Source: Candidatus Thorarchaeota archaeon (GTDB taxonomy: Archaea > Asgardarchaeota > Thorarchaeia > Thorarchaeales > Thorarchaeaceae). From it: a DNA stretch of 64,000 nucleotides. The position numbers and the translations under genes were made by a program. The notes beneath the pieces were generated by a model. It did no database searches, was not told where the DNA came from, and worked only from the letters and a program-made list of their open reading frames with translations. Location: the NCBI GenBank assembly GCA_963726195.1, contig CAVSBO010000003.1, forward strand, positions 852,089 through 916,088, in the 5' to 3' direction. This document shows positions 11,020 through 20,558 of this stretch, piece by piece; the first letter of the stretch is position 1, and the number at the start of each line of letters is the position of its first letter.

Positions 11020-11032
11020 ACAATGAACGGTT

Positions 11033-11206
11033 CCTGCTCACATGTATGTCATCAATGCATTGCAGGATGTAGGGTACGAACTCCGTAACATAATCATCTG
11101 GGACAGGCAGAACATAGTGAACCGTGCTGGCATCTTCGGGTGGCCCAACAATTACATCACTCTCAGCACGACCTTCGAGTACATTGTTGATTTCTGGCGT
11201 CCATGA
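11033..11206 (+). pseudogene. DNA methyltransferase, 3' part (57 codons) after the element
   Basis: PAHMYVINALQDVGYELRNIIIWDRQN...TTFEYIVDFWRP*: typical IIW..EYI MTase C-terminal motifs, in frame with 2175-2885 after excision. Confidence 0.9.
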
Positions 11207-11263
11207 TGAGCCTCGTCAGTGACAAGCCACAGGTCACATGATTTGATTGACATGACAGGATTC

Positions 11264-12342
11264 TCAGATTCCGAGAATGGGAAATACCAATTCCTTGACC
11301 TTTCGAACTGTTTCGCGCACGGTCATCCATATTTCTGCATCATCCTTGAAAGGCGGCTTTTGCTTGGGAGGAGAATACTTGCGACCTGACAAGCACGGAT
11401 ATGACCGTGGCCACACCCCAGCACAAAGAGTCTGGATGGTACCCTCCGCCCGTCACTACTCCAAGTCGACCGTCACTCCACTTGTGTGCTGCATTGTGTA
11501 TTCTCTCTGCGATGTATCTTATCATCGTCGTCGTCAGTTTGAGGTGCGCTAGGCGATCCAGGTAATGTGCATCAAAGCCGGGCAGAAACAGGATGAACTG
11601 AGGACGAAAGAAATCGACCAGCTTCGGGACCAGCTCGTCAAAGGCATATCTGTATACTCCATCGCCCGCGTCCATCGGAAATGGCATATTGATGTTGTAG
11701 CCGGAGCCACGACCAGAACCGACCTCGTTCACGTACCCTTCGTGAGGGTACATCCATTCAGGATCCTCATGGAAAGAGATGACCATGACCTCCGGATCGT
11801 CGTAGAAGTACGCTTGGTCCCCATTTCCGTGGTGGACATCGAAATCCGCGACAAGTATTCGATTCAGACCATTCTGTTTGAGCTCGCTAACAGCGGCCGC
11901 GATATCATTGAAAACACAGAAGCCACCACCCTTATCGAACTTGGCGTGATGAAAGCCGCCGGTGGGAGACATAAAGTGCTCCACGCGTCCCGACATGATT
12001 GAGTGGACTCCAGTGACGGTAGCACCGGACAAAACTAGAGCATTCTCGTATATTCCTCTGAAACCCGGCGTGTCTATGTCAATCTCACCTTGGCCGGTCT
12101 CAGAAATCGTTCTGACCTTCTCAATGTATTCGGAGGAATGCACGCGCTCGAGAATGGGCACAGGAAGAGACTCTGCTTGTCAGCTCAGTTACGTTCTGAG
12201 ATGCAAGCAGCCCGGCCGAATCCAAGAAATCCCTGATCATTCTGAAACGCCCGGGTCTCAATGGGTGCCGGTCACCATAGTCAAAACTGTCGAAGACCGG
12301 GCTCCACATGAAGCCGACTTGGCAGTCTCTCCTCGGGATCAC
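11264..12342 (-). CDS. Histone deacetylase / AcuC-family deacetylase (two frameshifts)
   Basis: HPLRPGRF, GGFHHA, GGFCVFND, DFDVHHGNG, GFDAHYLD, GGGY. Confidence 0.9.
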
Positions 12343-12454
12343 ACACCGCCACCATTCCAGCTTTTGGTAAGCTTCGGAATCACGCGTACTAATGGATGCC
12401 GATTTGAGTGTCAGTGTTGTGTGACGCAAACGGAATGTTAGTGCCTAAATTGCA

Positions 12455-13564
12455 CTACCCGTTAGGTGCAATTACCGCCTTGACCGAAATCAGCTTCTCT
12501 TGAGCTTCCAGTGCCTTCTGCGCATCGCGAAGCGGGAACCGATGAGTGACAATCTTCTCGAATGGGAACCGATCGTAGTTTTCAGCAATGGTCTTGATGG
12601 CCCTGTAGACATGAATTGTTTCCGTGCCCCAGACTGTTCTGATGTCCAAGTGCTTTCGATTCATCAGGTGCGGTCTCACCTCCACAGTCCCGCTGTCAGT
12701 GTACTGGCCACAAATCGTGTACGTGCCACCCTCACGCACAAGTTCTATTCCCTCTGGAATGGCTTTGGCGGCGCCAGTCGCCTCATAGACTATGTCAGGC
12801 CCATGACCATTCGTAATATCTCGAAGGAAGCTCTTCCGGTCTTCGAGAGTGCCCTCACGTATGTTGAGGGTGTGGGTAGCTCCGAACTGTTCTGCAAGCT
12901 CCAGACGGTTTGGAGCCTGATCAATCGACGTGACTGTCCTAGCCCCATTCACCTTGGCGATCATCGCAATCATTAGGCCAACTGGTCCAGCGCCCTGTAC
13001 TGCAACATTGGCTCCCCATGTGAGTGGGCTCCTAGTGGCGGCGTGCACCGCAGTCGGCAGGGCGCAACCTGCTGATATTGCCCCATTGAAACTCACATTC
13101 TCAGGAATGCTCATCATGTGAGTGCCAGGCGTGAGGTACATGTACTCACTGTAGCCTCCAATCAGGAACGGGAACTTACTCGAGTCACGCGTTATTCCGT
13201 AGACCTCTCGATTGGGGCACTTGGTTGGCGCCTTGGCGACAAGACAATTCCAGCAAGAGTAACAGGTTTTCGTGACATCGTGAAACGTGACCCTATCGCC
13301 AATCTCTATCTGCCGACCATCAAGATCCCTGATTTGTCCGGAGCCCATGTCCTCGACGGTCCCTACTACCTCATGACCGAGTATGAGTGGATAGGGTACG
13401 CCGGTGAGCTTTCCATGCCAGAGATGAACATCGGTGCCGCAGACACCAGCGTTTGCAACTTTCAACAAGATGGAACCCGGTACAAGCTCGGGAATCTCAA
13501 AGTCCTTGATAATAAGAGGGTCATTGGGTTTGGGTACTACTGCCGCTTTGCTGTGACGAGTCAT
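12455..13564 (-). CDS. Zinc-dependent alcohol dehydrogenase (MDR family)
   Basis: GVCGTD, GHEVVG, CxxCxxC...C structural Zn site, GAGPVG. Confidence 0.92.
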   Translation of the reverse strand: MTRHSKAAVVPKPNDPLIIKDFEIPELVPGSILLKVANAGVCGTDVHLWHGKLTGVPYPLILGHEVVGTVEDMGSGQIRDLDGRQIEIGDRVTFHDVTKTCYSCWNCLVAKAPTKCPNREVYGITRDSSKFPFLIGGYSEYMYLTPGTHMMSIPENVSFNGAISAGCALPTAVHAATRSPLTWGANVAVQGAGPVGLMIAMIAKVNGARTVTSIDQAPNRLELAEQFGATHTLNIREGTLEDRKSFLRDITNGHGPDIVYEATGAAKAIPEGIELVREGGTYTICGQYTDSGTVEVRPHLMNRKHLDIRTVWGTETIHVYRAIKTIAENYDRFPFEKIVTHRFPLRDAQKALEAQEKLISVKAVIAPNG

Positions 13565-13759
13565 ACAATCACTGCTTGCAGTCTTCGCAATCGACCCTAA
13601 TATAACGCCTATTATTTGACACATACCAACTTCGCGGGCACAACAATGCAGACACGGCATAGTTCCGTTTGCGTGACACGGTACATTCTCACTTAACGAT
13701 AGTTTTATAAGGTACTAAGCAGACCAATTAGTGATTAACAATAGTTAGGAGAGCACCAT

Positions 13760-14002
13760 ATGAAGAAGAACGAGCCCGCAGAGACATTGGATTGTGTGGG
13801 GTTGTTTTGTCCGCAGCCGCTATTCCAGACCAGAGAAGCTATTGACAAGCTTCGGGTAGGAGAGATACTAGAAGTTCTGGCCGATGATCCTGCGGCTGAA
13901 GAGGACTTGAAGCGATTTGTCAAGAGAACTGAGAATGAGCTAGTCCTCTACGAGAAGACGGAAGATGGTGTTCATAGGTTTCTTATCAGAAGGAAAAAGT
14001 AG
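13760..14002 (+). CDS. tusA: TusA/SirA-family sulfur carrier
   Basis: LDCVGLFCPQP motif, DDPAAEEDL; TATA-like ttttataa at 13703-13710. Confidence 0.9.
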   Translation: MKKNEPAETLDCVGLFCPQPLFQTREAIDKLRVGEILEVLADDPAAEEDLKRFVKRTENELVLYEKTEDGVHRFLIRRKK

Positions 14003-14012
14003 GGGATTGAAA

Positions 14013-14387
14013 ATGAGCAAGAAGACAACGAGTAAGAAGAGCATTCTGTACGTCCAAACGAGCGATAGTCCTGAGAGACAATACTCTCCGCTTGTGCTGG
14101 CTCAGAGTGCAAAGGCAATGAATATTGATGCGAAGGTATACTATCTTGGAATGGGCCTCAAGATTCTGAAGCCTGGTGCAGCCGAGAAGATCAAACTGGG
14201 TAGCTTTCCTAGTGTTCTTGACATGATCAACCAGACTCTGAAGGCTGGTATCCCCATCTATGTCTGTGAAGCATCGAAACAAATGCTTGGATGGGACAAA
14301 GTCGAACTGATACCCGGGGTCAAGATAGTAGGTGCCGCTACATTAAATGACCTCGCATTAGAAGCGGACGCAACAATGTGGTTCTAG
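14013..14387 (+). CDS. DsrE/DsrF-like protein
   Basis: PERQYSPLVLA...IYVCEAS...IVGAATL pattern; operonic with tusA and iscS. Confidence 0.8.
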   Translation: MSKKTTSKKSILYVQTSDSPERQYSPLVLAQSAKAMNIDAKVYYLGMGLKILKPGAAEKIKLGSFPSVLDMINQTLKAGIPIYVCEASKQMLGWDKVELIPGVKIVGAATLNDLALEADATMWF

Positions 14388-14407
14388 GCGAAGGAGGTTT
14401 GGGGGAT

Positions 14408-15577
14408 ATGGACGAAGTTTACCTTGACTACCAATCGTCAAAGCCTGTTGACCCAAGGGTCATAGATGAGATGATGCCCTATTTCCATGACCTGTTCGGA
14501 AACCCCTCATCTCTACACAAGGTCGGTGACACTGCAACTGATGCCCTTGAGGACAGCAGGAAGCGGATTGCAGCGTTTATCCATGCAGATCCGGACGACA
14601 TTGTGTTCACTTCAGGCGCAACCGAATCAATCAACCTAGCTCTCATGGGCTTTGCTCTCAAGAACAAGAAGAAAGGAAATCATATCATCATTTCCGAAGT
14701 CGAACATATCTCAATCCACAACATAGCCAAGTATCTCGCCTCTCAAGGCTTTGAGATTACGAAGGTGCCTGTAGATCAGTATGGGAGAGTTCACGTGGAC
14801 AAGCTTGAGCGCAAATTGAGAGATAGTACCATCCTCATTTCCATTGGCTATGCCAGCAGTGAGATAGGCACGATTCAGCCAATAGCAGAGATAGGGAAGA
14901 TTGCGAAGGAGAAAGGCATCGCATTTCACACGGATGCTGTAGCCGCCGAGGGGTTGGTGGACCTCGATGTTAATCGGGACAACATTGACCTAATGTCACT
15001 CTCCTCGAATGATATCTATGGTCCCAAGGGTGTCGGAATCCTGTACATGAGGAAAGGATTCAGGGTCAACCCGATTATGATAGGCGGTGGACAGGAGAGA
15101 GGACTAAGGTCTGGTACCGAAGACATCCCAGGGATTGTCGGTATGCGGGCTGCAGCCGAGATCATGAGTAGTGAGATGGACTCTGAAGTCGCTCGCTTCA
15201 AGACATATCGTGACAAAGTAATCAAGCACGTGCTTGCAGATGTGCCGGATAGCCACCTGAACGGCCACCCAACGGAGCGTCTAGCCAGCAATGCCCACTT
15301 CAGGTTTGACGGTATTGAGGGCGAATCAATATTGCTCTCTCTGAAAGACAAGGGTATCGCAGTGGCTACAGGTTCTGCCTGTTCGTCCAAGACACTAGAA
15401 CCCTCTCATACTTTGATAGCAACCGGTCTCGTACACGAGGAGGCTCATGGTTCACTTGAGCTGACCTTTGGACGATTCAACGTTGACAGCGACGTGGACA
15501 GAGTAATTGAAGCAATACCGGGGGTTGTCTCTCACTTGAGAACGATTTCTCCGATTTACACTTGCAAAGGAAGGTGA
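14408..15577 (+). CDS. iscS: Cysteine desulfurase (NifS/IscS group)
   Basis: VYLDYQSS, FGNPSSLH, TSGATES, HTDAV, YGPKGVG, ATGSACSS. Confidence 0.92.
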   Translation: MDEVYLDYQSSKPVDPRVIDEMMPYFHDLFGNPSSLHKVGDTATDALEDSRKRIAAFIHADPDDIVFTSGATESINLALMGFALKNKKKGNHIIISEVEHISIHNIAKYLASQGFEITKVPVDQYGRVHVDKLERKLRDSTILISIGYASSEIGTIQPIAEIGKIAKEKGIAFHTDAVAAEGLVDLDVNRDNIDLMSLSSNDIYGPKGVGILYMRKGFRVNPIMIGGGQERGLRSGTEDIPGIVGMRAAAEIMSSEMDSEVARFKTYRDKVIKHVLADVPDSHLNGHPTERLASNAHFRFDGIEGESILLSLKDKGIAVATGSACSSKTLEPSHTLIATGLVHEEAHGSLELTFGRFNVDSDVDRVIEAIPGVVSHLRTISPIYTCKGR

Positions 15578-15584
15578 TGTTAGA

Positions 15585-16364
15585 ATGAAGTCAACGCAAT
15601 ACAGCGAGAAAGTATTGGATCATTTCCGCAACCCGAGGAACGTTGGAACCCTAGAAGGTGATGACGTGGCCTCTGGTGTAGTAGGTAACCCCATCTGCGG
15701 TGACTTGATGGAGGTTTTCATCAGAGTCAAGGATGACAGGATCGTAGAGGCCAAGTTTAGAACATTCGGGTGCGGGTCAGCAATTGCCACCAGCAGCATG
15801 ACAACAGAGATGGTCAAGGGTATGACTCTCGATGAAGCGATGCAAGTAACGAGGGAAAATGTAGCATCAGAGCTCGAAGGTCTTCCACCTATCAAGATGC
15901 ACTGTTCGAACCTTGCGGCTGACGCTCTGCACGAGGCAATCAAGAACTATCGCGCGAAAATGGCAGGTGAGCCGCTTGCTGAAAGGAATTATTCAGCTGA
16001 ACCGACAGAATGTGCCATTGGAAGAGATCAGTTCCTAGGCAAGGGTGTGTATGTCTCAGCAGAAGACCCGAAGGAGTTCAAAGACAAGCGAGTGCTCGTC
16101 GTCCACACTGGTGACAAATCTATTGAAACAGCGATTCGACTTGCCGCATATAGTGGGCGGGTTGTGCTTTCCACACCTGATAAGGACATTCAGACCACCA
16201 AGGTTCTGAAGCAGAAACTTGCCAGGTCGAAGGTGAAGGTTCTGTACGAGTCCCGTCTTATAGAGATACGGGGAGACGAGGAAGTTGAAAGAGCCTATAT
16301 GCATAATCTCAGCGAGGACGAGAAGTACGAGCTCTATGTAGATGCAGTAGTTCTCTCTGAGTGA
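15585..16364 (+). CDS. iscU: IscU/NifU scaffold fused to a degenerate thioredoxin-reductase-like NAD(P)-binding domain
   Basis: HFRNPRNVG, GNPICGD, FGCGSAIA, KMHCSNLA. C-terminal GRDQFLGKGV...KDKRVLVV...EIRGDEEVE...VDAVVL resembles the TrxB middle domain. Confidence 0.85.
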   Translation: MKSTQYSEKVLDHFRNPRNVGTLEGDDVASGVVGNPICGDLMEVFIRVKDDRIVEAKFRTFGCGSAIATSSMTTEMVKGMTLDEAMQVTRENVASELEGLPPIKMHCSNLAADALHEAIKNYRAKMAGEPLAERNYSAEPTECAIGRDQFLGKGVYVSAEDPKEFKDKRVLVVHTGDKSIETAIRLAAYSGRVVLSTPDKDIQTTKVLKQKLARSKVKVLYESRLIEIRGDEEVERAYMHNLSEDEKYELYVDAVVLSE

Positions 16365-16384
16365 GAAACTGCTGTTACAGTAGA

Positions 16385-16435
16385 ACCGGATCCGGCTTCT
16401 TCCGGGTCCGGTCCTAACACTCAATCCTCTTTTTT
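16385..16435 (+). terminator. GC-rich hairpin plus T-tract between convergent iscU and usp genes
   Basis: accggatccgg/ccgggtccggt stem (16385-16412), followed by tctttttt. Confidence 0.55.
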
Positions 16436-16456
16436 GACAGAAGGAATCCACTGGCG

Positions 16457-16879
16457 CTAAGCCAGTACAGTCACTACGGGGAGCTGCACGCGGCGAATGA
16501 TTTCCTCGGTGACACTCTTCGATAACCGCCTGCGTCTTTTTCTGCGCTTTAACATGAAAAGCATCGAGTAACGGGGATCCTGTGCCTCCTCAACAATCGC
16601 ATCCTTCACGTGTCTTGCCACGGCGATCTTGATCTGTACGCGGTATCCTTGCTTAGATAGCCAGTCTGAAAGGGGTTTAATCTTTGCCTCTGCAGCGGCT
16701 ACGAGGTCTTTCATATCGTCTGTGTCAAGAGGAGTAGAGATGGGCGTTTCAATTACATGAAAAAGAGTCAGCGCTTTAGTCTGGAATTTCAGAAGAGGAA
16801 GCATCGCCGCCACCATGTCGGAATAAGCGATGTCTCCGGAATATGGAATCAGGACATAATCTCGGGTACCTTCTTCCAC
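16457..16879 (-). CDS. Universal stress protein (UspA-like)
   Basis: LTLFHVIE...DAIVEEA...SVTEEIIRRVQLPVVTV. Confidence 0.8.
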   Translation of the reverse strand: MEEGTRDYVLIPYSGDIAYSDMVAAMLPLLKFQTKALTLFHVIETPISTPLDTDDMKDLVAAAEAKIKPLSDWLSKQGYRVQIKIAVARHVKDAIVEEAQDPRYSMLFMLKRRKRRRRLSKSVTEEIIRRVQLPVVTVLA

Positions 16880-16898
16880 CAGTAGAGTTCAGCCCCCT

Positions 16899-17165
16899 TC
16901 ATTCATCAACAACTTCACCGTCTTTCTTGTGCACATACATTACAACGCTTGATACTGTGCTCTTTATTCCCGGTATCTTGAGAATGTTGTTTTTCAGAAT
17001 GTTGCGGAACTGCATCACATCATCGGCCTCGAGAATAGCGATGATGTCCGCCTCCCCGGTTACCTCAAAGACATCTATGACTTCAGGGATATCCGTAAGC
17101 CCATGTGCGACTTCCTCAAGGTTAGACTCGACGTACACGCTTAGGATGATTCGAATACCAGGCAT
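16899..17165 (-). CDS. Stand-alone Lrp/AsnC ligand-binding (RAM) domain protein
   Basis: IPEVIDVFEVTGEADII...IPGIKSTVS. Confidence 0.85.
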   Translation of the reverse strand: MPGIRIILSVYVESNLEEVAHGLTDIPEVIDVFEVTGEADIIAILEADDVMQFRNILKNNILKIPGIKSTVSSVVMYVHKKDGEVVDE

Positions 17166-19081
17166 TATTTTCTAACCACCATTATCTTCCCAGGAGCAAC
17201 AGAAGAAACCAGCGTCACGATGTCCTCTTCGTCCTTTTTATGTGCTTTCTTAAAGCCCTTCCTCAAGGGGAGAACCACGAAGTCGTACTCGGGCGAGAGG
17301 ACTGCATCAGTTATCACGCGTGCCAACGGGCCAACCTCAACACGGGCCGTGGCCTCGAACCCATATCCCGAGAGAGCCCGCGCCATGTCCTTTAGGTCGA
17401 GCAACGTTAGCTCTCGATACTGGTCGGCCATGGCCAGAGGGATATGCCAGCGGCCGGTACGAATTACACTCATCAACGTCAGGCGGAACTGAGTGCTCAG
17501 GCTACCCCTGATAGAGTCAACTACCTCCTCCCTCTCCTCGGGGCGGATCAAGACGAGCGCATTGAACTTGTACGCCATGGGTTTTATCGAGCGTCCAGTT
17601 TCTTTTGAGAAGAGGGACTTGTGAAGTCCATGGCGATAAATCACGTATGCTAGCACCCCAAAAGTGATCCACGCTACACCCAAGACCCTTCCCATCGGAT
17701 GAAAGATCATGACAAGGGTCCAAATGGACAAGCATGCACCCATGCCAACGACACCCGACACGGGGATCCTGTACGACCGGCCATGCCGGCCAATCTTGAA
17801 GTTCAAGGGCACTTCCCATGAACGATGGGTGTCCTTGTCCGTCTGTCGTAGCACAATCAAAGACGCATTGACAAGAAAATAGGAAAGCAACGCTCCGAAG
17901 TTATAGAGGTCTGCAACCCAGTCAAGCTGCCCAACGAGTGCCATGATTCCTCCAATCATGCCGAAAATGACAATGGTCCGGACAGGCGTCCTTGTCCTAC
18001 GATTGATTTTCGAGAACCAGCGCGGCACGAGACCAAAACGGCCCATCGAGAAGACAATCCTTGACACACCGATTACTCCGGTGTTTGCTGAGACCAGGCA
18101 AATCGCGAAACCAGCACCCGCAACCACTGGCACTATGTAGGGGCCTATGATGGCGAACGAGCCCGCAAGGGTACTAATCGGGTTTGCCAGATGAGCAGCC
18201 AGCACATCCCAAGGGAGTATCCCCATGCTAAGGACCGATAGCCCCACTGCGAAAACCAAGACTGATATGACCGACATCTTGGTAGCCCGAGGGATTGTCC
18301 TGTCTGGTCTCTTGGTCTCCTCGGCAGCCTGAGCTATAGACTCTATGCCTATGAACGAACTCATTGCAAGAGTGATGGCGTACAGTAGATTCTGTGTGTT
18401 CAGACTCAATCCGGGCACGTACGATATGTGACTGAATGCCTCAGGGGCGCCAACCACAGAAAGCTGAAGCAGGAATAGGTTGAGGTGAAAAGCGACGAAC
18501 AACCCCACAATCGCAACAAGCGACAGCACAACTAAACTCAGGCTCACCATCACCATGTTGAGCCTAGATGATTCCTTGATGCCGATAATATTGACACATA
18601 TGAGAGCCACAACAATGGCGAAAGATGTCAGACCCATGGCGCTAAGAGTGACCTGAAAGCCTAGGACTCCAAGGGTAACGTATGTGTAGGGATTCAGCCA
18701 AGGGATGAAAAAGCTCAGGTAGCCTGTTGTTGCTATTGAGAAAAGAGCCAGATCCACTGTATAGTCTAGCATTACGAGCCAGCCGGCCGCGAAACCAGCA
18801 AAGTCATTGAATGCTTTCATCGCGTAGACATGGGCACCGCCAGCATACGGATATGCTGTGGCTAGTTCGGCATATGCAAGACCACTCGCGACATAAGTGA
18901 CGGACGCAATGAGAAAGGCTATGGGGGTCCATCCTGCGGCATACGCAGCCACCAAGCCAAGAGCAAGATAGATGTCAGCGCCTACATCTGCATAGCCCAT
19001 TGCAAAAGAGCCGTACCAACCTACGTCCCGTTTGAGGGTTACACTTGTACCTCCTGCTGAGGAATCTCGGTTGGTTGTCAT
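17165..19081 (-). CDS. APC-family amino acid permease with C-terminal USP-like domain
   Basis: ~12 TM segments, YAELATAYPYAGG, GIESIAQAAEETK, soluble C-terminal domain. Confidence 0.9.
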   Translation of the reverse strand: MTTNRDSSAGGTSVTLKRDVGWYGSFAMGYADVGADIYLALGLVAAYAAGWTPIAFLIASVTYVASGLAYAELATAYPYAGGAHVYAMKAFNDFAGFAAGWLVMLDYTVDLALFSIATTGYLSFFIPWLNPYTYVTLGVLGFQVTLSAMGLTSFAIVVALICVNIIGIKESSRLNMVMVSLSLVVLSLVAIVGLFVAFHLNLFLLQLSVVGAPEAFSHISYVPGLSLNTQNLLYAITLAMSSFIGIESIAQAAEETKRPDRTIPRATKMSVISVLVFAVGLSVLSMGILPWDVLAAHLANPISTLAGSFAIIGPYIVPVVAGAGFAICLVSANTGVIGVSRIVFSMGRFGLVPRWFSKINRRTRTPVRTIVIFGMIGGIMALVGQLDWVADLYNFGALLSYFLVNASLIVLRQTDKDTHRSWEVPLNFKIGRHGRSYRIPVSGVVGMGACLSIWTLVMIFHPMGRVLGVAWITFGVLAYVIYRHGLHKSLFSKETGRSIKPMAYKFNALVLIRPEEREEVVDSIRGSLSTQFRLTLMSVIRTGRWHIPLAMADQYRELTLLDLKDMARALSGYGFEATARVEVGPLARVITDAVLSPEYDFVVLPLRKGFKKAHKKDEEDIVTLVSSVAPGKIMVVRK

Positions 19082-19252
19082 GGCTCCATCGCCACCGTAG
19101 TACCGATGTCAGTTTCTCACGGACCTTCGAGTGCTTTCCCGGTGTGGATTGAGAACAAGCGTGGTAGTAGATTCCCGCTCGTATGAAACGCTACTTCTGA
19201 AAGTTGCCCTTTTGAACTGCTCGCTATGTAGTGTCGAGGGCAGAAAGTGCCG

Positions 19253-20467
19253 CTACTGTGGACTCTCTGACAAAGCTCTGTCACTATGCTGGTTCCTAGA
19301 AATTCGTTCCATCCGGTGCAGACCGGGAGTGTTAAGGACTGTGATGAAGGAGAGCACTACAAGTATCAAGAGAATGACTGGTAGTTTGAGCCCCGCATTC
19401 AACAGAATCGCAATCATGAATGAGCCCACCATGATCCCTCCGTCCATACCTGCAGAGTATGTGGCCATCGCTCGGGCTTGCTCACTCTCCGGGACAACCA
19501 GAGATGCAAGAGCATTCAATGCAACGTTGGCCAGTGACAGACCGATTCCCAGCGCACAGGCTGAGATGACATACGTGACATACTCAGTGCCAACGGCCGC
19601 CATCAACAGCCCGATGGCCATGCAACAACATCCAATAGCGCTCATCATTCCGTGACCCCTTCTGTCAGACAGTGAACCGCCAACAGCGTAACCCACGACC
19701 ATAGAACCTGCAAACCATGTGAAGTAGAGCCCGGAGTTGGCTACGGCATGCATGACGGCAATCGAAGGCGAGTAGCTTAGCACTGCACCGAATCCGAAGG
19801 ACAGAACGAATATCGACAGGCTGGGTCTCAGTGCGGCTCGACTAACGAACCCACCGGAACGAGGTGTGTCCGAAGACTGCTTCTCGTGGCTACCTCGCCA
19901 GATTACGACAGCGATAGCCACAGCTACCACGCTGATAGTACATGTCATCGCGAACAAGAGATTGTATGCTTCACGGGTATCCACCAACACGATGGCACTT
20001 CCGACAGCAGGAAACACCATCATCGCGAATGAGTTCACACCATTATAGTAACCAAGGCCCTCGCCAACACGAGACGGAGGAGACCTTTGGACAACGGCTG
20101 TCATAATAGCAACGGTTCCTAGAGCCCAAGACACTCCGTGGAATACCCTGAGCACATATATGTCAATAATCGCGCTTACTGCCGCATAGCTGATGAATAC
20201 AACTGAGAGCATCACTTGCCCCAATGCAAGCATTAGAGTCACGCTGGTCCGCTCAATGATTTTTCCTGACACGAATCTGAACAAGAACGCAGTCCCGGTG
20301 AAGATACCAAAGGAGACGCCTAGTGCAATCTGGTCTCCGGAGACAAAGAGCACGAAACCCTGCAACGCGGAGAGAATAGAGTTATGCGCTGTGAACATGA
20401 AAAATGACAGAACCAGAACAATCGCCAGTGGCCCAGGAATGGACAGTCTTCGTGTCAACATCAACAC
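19253..20467 (-). CDS. MFS transporter
   Basis: 12 hydrophobic segments, GSLSDRRG loop motif. Confidence 0.85.
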   Translation of the reverse strand: MLMLTRRLSIPGPLAIVLVLSFFMFTAHNSILSALQGFVLFVSGDQIALGVSFGIFTGTAFLFRFVSGKIIERTSVTLMLALGQVMLSVVFISYAAVSAIIDIYVLRVFHGVSWALGTVAIMTAVVQRSPPSRVGEGLGYYNGVNSFAMMVFPAVGSAIVLVDTREAYNLLFAMTCTISVVAVAIAVVIWRGSHEKQSSDTPRSGGFVSRAALRPSLSIFVLSFGFGAVLSYSPSIAVMHAVANSGLYFTWFAGSMVVGYAVGGSLSDRRGHGMMSAIGCCCMAIGLLMAAVGTEYVTYVISACALGIGLSLANVALNALASLVVPESEQARAMATYSAGMDGGIMVGSFMIAILLNAGLKLPVILLILVVLSFITVLNTPGLHRMERISRNQHSDRALSESPQ

Positions 20468-20558
20468 TTTCCGGCGTTCTTGCAGCTCGTGTCAATCATG
20501 TAGCGCTCAAAGTCATATGAGGAATGCATCTGGGGAACAGATGGAATAGATAAAACAA

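Larger units (their letters stand above)
2884..11030 (+). mobile_element. IS607-family cargo-carrying element (8147 bp): tnpA, giant nuclease cargo, large tnpB
   Basis: GGTT at both junctions (2882-2885 and 11029-11032). Excision rejoins AGA AGG GTT CCT GCT CAC ATG in frame. Subterminal inverted repeats. IS607-type TnpA at the left end and TnpB at the right end. GG-core recombination is established for IS607. Confidence 0.92.

Noticed and set aside
11000-11260. CRISPR array next to the Cas12-like TnpB (the end AATGAAC looks repeat-like)
   Set aside because: No repeated unit; the downstream sequence is the MTase 3' half.
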